Shown here piece by piece: positions 50,072 through 55,477 of a DNA stretch of 55,477 bases. Positions within the stretch are counted from its first letter, which is position 1. The number at the start of each line of letters is the position of its first letter. The notes under the pieces are model-generated. The model saw only the letters and a program-made list of their open reading frames with translations, ran no database searches and had not been told where the DNA came from. The DNA lies in NCBI GenBank assembly GCA_036559525.1, contig DATBSZ010000231.1, forward strand, positions 1-55,477. The letters run 5' to 3'. Source of the DNA: Burkholderiales bacterium. GTDB taxonomy: Bacteria > Pseudomonadota > Gammaproteobacteria > Burkholderiales > SG8-39. The position numbers and the translations under genes were made by a program.

Positions 50072-50953
50072 TTGGGCGGCAGCGAGCTAGAAAAACTCGC
50101 CCCGCCGGCCGCAACCCGGCACACCACGGTGCTGTGCGCCGAGGTCGGCGCGCCGCCGCAGCCCGCCGCGCGCTACCTGGAGGTGCTCGGGCAGGCGGCT
50201 GAGCTGAGCGGCGGTCGCGTGCTGCACACGCACCCCAACGGCGTGCTCGCGCTCTTTTCGACGCCGGATGCGGCCGCCGCCGCCGCGGCGCGAATGCACG
50301 TGTACGCGCAGGCGCTGCCGCCGGAGCAGCCGAAGCTCGATGTGCGCATCGGGTTCCATGCCGGTCCGGTCGCACAGCGCAACGAGGACATCTTCGGCGA
50401 CACGGTCAATCTCGCGCTGCAGCTTGCCGATCACGCAAGGGGCGGCCAGATCCTCACCTCCCACGACACCGCCTCCAGTCTCACGCCGGCCGTCCAGGGA
50501 CTGGTGCGCCCCATCAAGCATCTGCGGATGCAAGGAAAGAAGAGCGACCTGCTGCTCGGCGAGCTGATGTGGAAGGATGCGGTGAACCAGATCGTGTCGG
50601 CCCGCCGCGCCTCTTCCCCCGCGCGCGCGGTTCTGCGCGTCACCTACCGGGGCAAGGCGATCTTCCGCCGCCGGGAGGGCGACACGATGGCGCTAGGCCG
50701 GGACCCGCAATGCGACCTGAAGGTGGATGACGCCGCCGTTTCGAGGCAGCACTGCACGATCGCGCGTAAGGGCGCGGTCTTCGTCCTTCGCGACCACAGC
50801 AGCAACGGCACGTTCGTCACCGTCGCGGGCCAGAGCGAGGCACGCATTCACGACCAGGAGCTCGCGCTCGGCAAATCGGGCCTGATCGCGTTGGGCCAGT
50901 CCGCACCCACGACCGAGCACGTCATCAGCTACGTCTGCGAACCCCAAAACTAA
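50072..50953 (+). CDS. Degenerate class III cyclase-homology domain fused to an FHA domain
   Basis: CHD-like TVLCAEVGA...NGVLALF...RIGFHAGPV...GDTVNLALQLADHARGGQILTS. FHA: LGRDPQCDLKVDDAAVSRQHCTIARKGAVFVLRDHSSNGTFV. TTG start. Confidence 0.7.
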   Translation: MGGSELEKLAPPAATRHTTVLCAEVGAPPQPAARYLEVLGQAAELSGGRVLHTHPNGVLALFSTPDAAAAAAARMHVYAQALPPEQPKLDVRIGFHAGPVAQRNEDIFGDTVNLALQLADHARGGQILTSHDTASSLTPAVQGLVRPIKHLRMQGKKSDLLLGELMWKDAVNQIVSARRASSPARAVLRVTYRGKAIFRRREGDTMALGRDPQCDLKVDDAAVSRQHCTIARKGAVFVLRDHSSNGTFVTVAGQSEARIHDQELALGKSGLIALGQSAPTTEHVISYVCEPQN

Positions 50954-50964
50954 GGGGCCGCTGC

Positions 50965-51540
50965 CTAAGGTTTGCGCGGAAAGTGCGCCAGAAAGTGCGC
51001 GACGTCGATCAAATCCTGATCGTTCAAGCCTGAAACAGTCTCGGGCATGACCGCCATGCCGTAGCCGGTGCGGACCCCCTTCTTATAGTCGCGCAATGCC
51101 TTGAGGAGGTAGTCCTCGCGCTGGTTGGCGAGGCGCGGCATGTTCTCGCGGCCGGAGTAGTCGGGGTTATGGCAGTTGGCGCAGCGCTCCTTTTCCGCGA
51201 TCGCGCGGCCACGCGCGACGCGTGCGATCTCGGGCTTCTCTGCCGGACGCGGGGGCGGCGGCATCTTGGCGATCAGGTCGGCGAATGCCTGCAGCTCGGC
51301 GTCGGTCAGGCCCGCAGCGGCGGCGTTCATGAGGACGTTGTCGCGCCGGCCTTCACGGAACAGGAAAAGCTGCGCGAGGACGAAGAAAGCGGGCTGGCCG
51401 CCGAGCGAGGGCGTGAGCGGCGTCGACGACGTGCCCTTCGCGCCGTGGCAGGCGAAGCAGGCCTCCTTCCGCTGCGCGACCGGCTGGGCGGCAGCGGAAA
51501 GAGCCGTTGCTAGCAGGGCAATTCCGACCCCGCGGGTCAC
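50965..51540 (-). CDS. Dihaem cytochrome c (c4-like)
   Basis: Signal peptide and two CxxCH motifs (CFACH, CANCH). Confidence 0.88.
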   Translation of the reverse strand: MTRGVGIALLATALSAAAQPVAQRKEACFACHGAKGTSSTPLTPSLGGQPAFFVLAQLFLFREGRRDNVLMNAAAAGLTDAELQAFADLIAKMPPPPRPAEKPEIARVARGRAIAEKERCANCHNPDYSGRENMPRLANQREDYLLKALRDYKKGVRTGYGMAVMPETVSGLNDQDLIDVAHFLAHFPRKP

Positions 51541-51565
51541 TTCCCGCGCATTACTGCCCGCCGCA

Positions 51566-52762
51566 TTACTTTCCGGTATACGTGATGCGATAGATCGCGC
51601 CGTTGTGGTCGTCGGAAACGAGCAGCGACCCGTCCTTCATCACCATCACGTCGGCCGGCCGGCCGAGGTAGGTGTTCTTTTCCACCAGTCCGGTGAGGAA
51701 CGGCTCCATCCTGGCGTTGCCCTTGGCGTCGATGAAGACCGCGACGACGTCGGCCGCGTACTTCTGCGTCCGGTTCCAAGGGCCGTGGCGCGCGAGGAAA
51801 ATCGCGTTCTGGTACTTGGCGGGGAACATCTTGCCGGTGTAGAAGCGCATGCCGAGCGGCGCCGAGTGCGCGCCGATGAGCAGCGCCGGCTTGGCGTAAT
51901 CGCTGCACTTCTTGCCCCAGCCGAACTGCGGATCGGTCATCACCCCCGAATGGCAGTACGGGTATCCGAAATGCTGCTTGCCGGGCTGGGTGACGCGGTT
52001 CAGCTCGTCGGGCGGCATGTCCTCGGACAGCCAGTCGCGCTGGTTGTCGCCGAACCACAGCTCCTTGGTGGTGGGGTGAAAATCGAAGCCCACCGTGTTG
52101 CGCATGCCCTCCACCACCGACTCGAAGCCGGTGCCGTCCAGGTTCATGCGGAAGATGCGCGAGTACGCCGCCGAAGGCTCGCAGATGTTGCACGGCGCGC
52201 CGACGGGGACGTAGAGCTTGCCGTCGGGCCCGATCTTGATGAACTTCCAGCCGTGCGGCACGTCGCCCGGCAGCTTGTCGTACACCATCGCCGCCTTGGG
52301 CGGATTGTCGAGCTTCGCTTCGATGTCGTCATAGCGCGTGATGTCCTTGGGCGTGGCGACGTACAGCGAGCCCTTGTGAAACTCGATGCCGTTCGGCAGG
52401 AACAGCTTCTCGGCGATGGTCTTCACTTCACGCTTGCCGCCGCGGTCGACCACCGCGTAGATCTTGCCGGCGACGAAAAGCGAGCTCACGAACACCGTCC
52501 CCTGGTCGCCCTCGCGCATTCCGCGGGCGTCGAGGATGCCGCTCACCCACACCTCGGCCTTGAAGCCGGGCGGCAGCTTGATCTTCTTGAGCGGAAGCTT
52601 GTCGGCGGCGGTCGGAACCGGGTGCGCCGGAACCGGCGCCATCTTGTCGGCGGCATCTGCTTTGGGCCTGCCGATCGCCCAGAAGGGCTCCTCCTTCTTC
52701 TCCTGCGCCAGAGCCTGGGATGCCGCCAGTATCGCGGTGACCGCGATTGCGAAAACTCTCAT
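51566..52762 (-). CDS. PQQ-dependent sugar (glucose/sorbosone) dehydrogenase family protein, soluble beta-propeller
   Basis: ATG 52762 with a GGGAGG Shine-Dalgarno and a signal peptide. Family-like PNGIEF, GPDGKLYV, RN.VGFDFHP, ELWFGDNQRD and HSAPLGM. Confidence 0.75.
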   Translation of the reverse strand: MRVFAIAVTAILAASQALAQEKKEEPFWAIGRPKADAADKMAPVPAHPVPTAADKLPLKKIKLPPGFKAEVWVSGILDARGMREGDQGTVFVSSLFVAGKIYAVVDRGGKREVKTIAEKLFLPNGIEFHKGSLYVATPKDITRYDDIEAKLDNPPKAAMVYDKLPGDVPHGWKFIKIGPDGKLYVPVGAPCNICEPSAAYSRIFRMNLDGTGFESVVEGMRNTVGFDFHPTTKELWFGDNQRDWLSEDMPPDELNRVTQPGKQHFGYPYCHSGVMTDPQFGWGKKCSDYAKPALLIGAHSAPLGMRFYTGKMFPAKYQNAIFLARHGPWNRTQKYAADVVAVFIDAKGNARMEPFLTGLVEKNTYLGRPADVMVMKDGSLLVSDDHNGAIYRITYTGK

Positions 52763-52793
52763 GCCCCACCTCCCTTGATGAACGTCGAAGAGC

Positions 52794-53972
52794 TTACAGC
52801 GCAAGGCCGATCTCGGTCGAGGGTGAGCCATACGCCTTCTGGAACACCACGCGGTAGCTCTCGAGCGCGCCGTCGCGCCGGAACTGGTGCGCGCAGCCCC
52901 AAAGATAGAGCTGGAACAGGCGACAAGTGCGCTCGCCATAGCGCCGCGCGAGCTCGTCGTGCGCCGCCTCGAGGTTGCGCGCCCATTGCTGCAGGGTCAG
53001 GAAATAGCTGTGGCGGTCGTTGTGCACGGCGATCGTCTCGAACGCCGTGCCGTTGGCCGCCGCGAGCAGGTCGGGCATCACGACCGGCGTGTGCGAGCCG
53101 GGAAACACGTAGCGATAGGTGAACGAGCTGACGTTGAACTTCCGGCGGTTGGACGCGAAATCCATGTACAGCCGCCCGCCGGTCTTGAGCAGCCGGTCGA
53201 ACTGCGCGAACAGGCGCTTGTAGTTGGGCAGATGCTCCATCACGCCGAGCAGGACGATGGCGTCGTACTGCCGGCTCGAGGCGTAGGCGAAGATGCTCTC
53301 ATAGACCACGTCCACCCTGCCCTTGCGGAGGAAGTCGTACTGCTCGCGCGAGATCGTGAGCGCGGTGACCTTCGCTCCGCGCGCCCCGGCGTAACCCGCG
53401 AACGAGCCCCATCCGCCGCCGACGTCGAGCACGCTCGACCCCGGCGATAGGCGGCACGCGCGCATCACGTAATCGAGCTTGTTCTCCGCGGCTTTCTCCA
53501 GCGGTTCGTCGTCGGCGTGATAGAGCGCTTGCGAATAGAGCCTGAAACGCCGGTCGAGGAAAGCGAAATAGAAATCGTTGCCGTAGTCGTAGTGCCGCGC
53601 CACCCAGTCCTTGTCGGTGCGCACGGCACCGAAGAGGACCGGCCGCATGAACCGCCAGAGCGAGTGCAGCGGGTGCCAGTCGGACGCGATCCTGCGCAGG
53701 TCCAGGGCAGCCAGAAAGCTGCCCGCGAAATTTATCTCTTCGTCTATGTAGGCTTCGCAGATCGCAGTTTCGTCGAGGGATTCCAGCGCGCGAGCCGCTC
53801 TCGCGGTGCGCAGGTGCAGGCTGAAGGCGGGAGCGCCGGCGCCGATCCGGTGCACCGCGCCGTCGGGCAACTCGACATCGAATGGCGCCATCGCGACGCC
53901 GCCCAGGCGGCGCCTGAGCTTCAGGATGACGGACGGCTCGTCGGCGGATTCCGCCGTGGTCGAAGGCAGCAT
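52794..53972 (-). CDS. Cyclopropane-fatty-acyl-phospholipid synthase family SAM methyltransferase
   Basis: HYDYGNDFY and the SAM motif VLDVGGGWG. 392 aa. Confidence 0.85.
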   Translation of the reverse strand: MLPSTTAESADEPSVILKLRRRLGGVAMAPFDVELPDGAVHRIGAGAPAFSLHLRTARAARALESLDETAICEAYIDEEINFAGSFLAALDLRRIASDWHPLHSLWRFMRPVLFGAVRTDKDWVARHYDYGNDFYFAFLDRRFRLYSQALYHADDEPLEKAAENKLDYVMRACRLSPGSSVLDVGGGWGSFAGYAGARGAKVTALTISREQYDFLRKGRVDVVYESIFAYASSRQYDAIVLLGVMEHLPNYKRLFAQFDRLLKTGGRLYMDFASNRRKFNVSSFTYRYVFPGSHTPVVMPDLLAAANGTAFETIAVHNDRHSYFLTLQQWARNLEAAHDELARRYGERTCRLFQLYLWGCAHQFRRDGALESYRVVFQKAYGSPSTEIGLAL

Positions 53973-54013
53973 TTATCGTTCTGAACTGCGGCGAGAATGT
54001 AGCATTGCCGCAG

Positions 54014-55477
54014 ATGAAGTGCTTTCGGTGCAATAGCGAAACACCGGCCGACGCGAAGTTCTGTCCGGCCTGCGGCGCCGGTCTGACCGCCGCGCCCTCC
54101 CCCCAGAGCTACACGCCCAAGCACCTCGCCGAGAAGATCCTGCGCTCGCGCCACGCGGTCGTCGGTGAGCGCAAGCAGATCAGCGTGCTCTTCGCCGACA
54201 TGAAGGGCTCGATGGAGCTCCTCGCCGAGCGCGACCCCGAGGAAGCGCACAACATCCTCGACCCGATGCTCCGGCACATGATGGACGCGGTCCATCGCTA
54301 CGAAGGCACGGTGAACCAGGTGCTGGGCGACGGCATCATGGCGCTCTTCGGCGCGCCGCTCGCCCACGAGGACCACGCGGTGCGCGCCTGCCACGCCGCG
54401 CTCCGCATGCAGCAGACGGTCGGCTGGTACGCGGAGGAGCTGCGCCGCGGCCGCGGCGTGGACGTGCAGATCCGCGTCGGGCTCAACTCGGGCGAGGTGG
54501 TGGTGCGCGCGATCGACAGCGACCTGCACATGGACTACTCGGCCATCGGCCAGACCACGCACCTGGCCGCGCGCATGGAGCAGCTCGCGCGCCCCGGATC
54601 CACCCTGATCTCGCGCGAGACCCTGCGGCTGGCCGAGGGCTATGTGGAGATCAAGGCGCTCGGGCCGGTGCCGGTGAAGGGCATGCCGGAGCCGGTCGAG
54701 ATCTTCGAGCTGGTCCGCTCCGAGCAGGTGCACTCCCGTCTCGAGGCCAGCGCCGCGCGCGGCCTGACGCCCTTCGTGGGCCGCGAAGCCGAGGTGGACG
54801 CGCTCCACCAGGCGATGGCGCGCGCTGCGGCGGGCCACGGCCAGGTGGTGGCGGTGTCGGGCGAGCCGGGCGTCGGCAAGTCGCGCCTGTTCTGGGAGTT
54901 CACCCACTCCCATCGCGCGCACGGCTGGCTCATGATGGAGGCGCAGGCGACGTCGTACGGCAAGAACACCTCGTACCTGACGGTCAAGGAGCTGCTCCAG
55001 AACTATTTCCACCTGGAGGAGCGCGATGACGTCCGGCGCGTGCGCGAGAAAGTCACCGGCAAGCTGCTGACGCTGGACGAGAGCCTGCGGCCGACCCTGC
55101 CCGCGTTCCTCCAGCTCCTCGACGTGCCGGTGGACGACGCGGAGTGGCAGACCCCGGATCTGCCGCAGCGCCGCCAGCGCATGCTCGACGCGGTCAAGCG
55201 GCTCATTCTCCGGGAAGGCCAGGTGCAGCCCGTGCTCCTGGTGTTCGAGAACCTCCACTGGCTGGACTCCGAGAGTCAGGCCTTCCTCGACAGCCTGGTG
55301 GACAGCCTGCCCCTGGCCCGCGCCCTCGTGCTCGTGAGCTACCGGCCCGAGTACCAGCACGGGTGGGCGCGGAAGAGCTACTACACCCAGTTCCGGATCG
55401 ATCCGCTCCCGCCCCAGAGCTCGGAGGAGCTGCTCCGCGCGCTGATGGGCGACGACCCCGGGCTGGGCCCGCTCAAG
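54014..55477 (+). CDS. Zinc-ribbon / class III adenylate-guanylate cyclase / AAA(STAND)-ATPase multidomain protein (partial, runs off the window end)
   Basis: Hand translation from ATG 54014: MKCFRCNSETPADAKFCPACG, then ISVLFADMKGSM...LGDGIMALFGAP...VGLNSGEVV...IGQTTHLAARME, then Walker A GEPGVGKS. It is in frame to the last base of the window. It is not in the track because it has no stop. Confidence 0.85.
   Translation, partial: MKCFRCNSETPADAKFCPACGAGLTAAPSPQSYTPKHLAEKILRSRHAVVGERKQISVLFADMKGSMELLAERDPEEAHNILDPMLRHMMDAVHRYEGTVNQVLGDGIMALFGAPLAHEDHAVRACHAALRMQQTVGWYAEELRRGRGVDVQIRVGLNSGEVVVRAIDSDLHMDYSAIGQTTHLAARMEQLARPGSTLISRETLRLAEGYVEIKALGPVPVKGMPEPVEIFELVRSEQVHSRLEASAARGLTPFVGREAEVDALHQAMARAAAGHGQVVAVSGEPGVGKSRLFWEFTHSHRAHGWLMMEAQATSYGKNTSYLTVKELLQNYFHLEERDDVRRVREKVTGKLLTLDESLRPTLPAFLQLLDVPVDDAEWQTPDLPQRRQRMLDAVKRLILREGQVQPVLLVFENLHWLDSESQAFLDSLVDSLPLARALVLVSYRPEYQHGWARKSYYTQFRIDPLPPQSSEELLRALMGDDPGLGPLK

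Noticed and set aside
44090-51000. Searched by eye for an integrase, a transposase or a direct repeat of the tRNA-Asn 3' end that would delimit a genomic island
   Set aside because: None was found, so the region is reported only as accessory-looking and not as a mobile element. A computational repeat search is needed.
53921-55360. 479-aa minus-strand ORF at the right end of the window
   Set aside because: It is antisense to the clearly recognisable zinc-ribbon/cyclase/AAA gene that starts at 54014 and is open to the window edge.

Overview
High-GC proteobacterial chromosomal segment, mostly a compact, conserved housekeeping backbone. The gene order looks betaproteobacterial (Burkholderiales-like); this is an inference from synteny, with no database search. 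Left to right:
- A partial RTX calcium-binding protein.
- A lone 3-hydroxyanthranilate dioxygenase plus hydratase pair.
- A six-gene signalling cluster: STAS, MBL-fold hydrolase, CHASE2-PP2C phosphatase, OmpA-like protein, FecR-like protein and an RsbW-like kinase.
- uvrC-pgsA-tRNAGly-tRNACys, then an inserted OGT-like gene, then tRNALeu.
- efp, then nagZ-acpS-pdxJ-recO-era-rnc-DUF4845-lepB-lepA-grx-degP-rseB-rseA-rpoE.
- ygfX-like-fabF-acpP-fabG-fabD-fabH-plsX-rpmF-yceD, diverging from maf-methyltransferase.
- sppA-Rieske-HAD-rluC, diverging from rne.
- LMW-PTP, asnS-GNAT, a SleB-like hydrolase, uvrB, an aminotransferase and tRNA-Asn.
- After tRNA-Asn, a visibly more A/T-rich accessory stretch: secreted hypotheticals, MscS, AraC, three tiny coupled ORFs, an HTH regulator plus secreted thermonuclease, and a degenerate cyclase-FHA protein.
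- A CFA-synthase-like/PQQ-dehydrogenase/dihaem cytochrome c operon, and a partial zinc-ribbon-cyclase-AAA protein.

Many long ORFs in the supplied track are antisense shadow ORFs typical of high GC, or N-terminal over-extensions. True starts were placed by family N-termini and by stop/start overlaps (ATGA, GTGA, TTGA, TAATG).

No CRISPR array, transposase, integrase or rRNA was seen.

Most noteworthy:
- The sigma-less partner-switching cluster with a periplasmic CHASE2/FecR/OmpA front end and an embedded MBL hydrolase. It is bracketed by two palindromic bidirectional -10 elements.
- A tRNA-Leu(UAA) with a swapped elbow pair (C19:G56).
- Interruption of the conserved glyW-cysT-leuZ tRNA cluster by an opposite-strand OGT-like gene.
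- Conserved genes (rnc and an RsmI-like methylase) with no canonical start codon in the required place.
- A Shine-Dalgarno-sequestering perfect palindrome in front of rne.
- The small-ORF, nuclease and pseudo-cyclase-FHA region in the tRNA-Asn-adjacent accessory stretch.

All functional calls rest on motif recognition by eye. Nothing was searched or computed.
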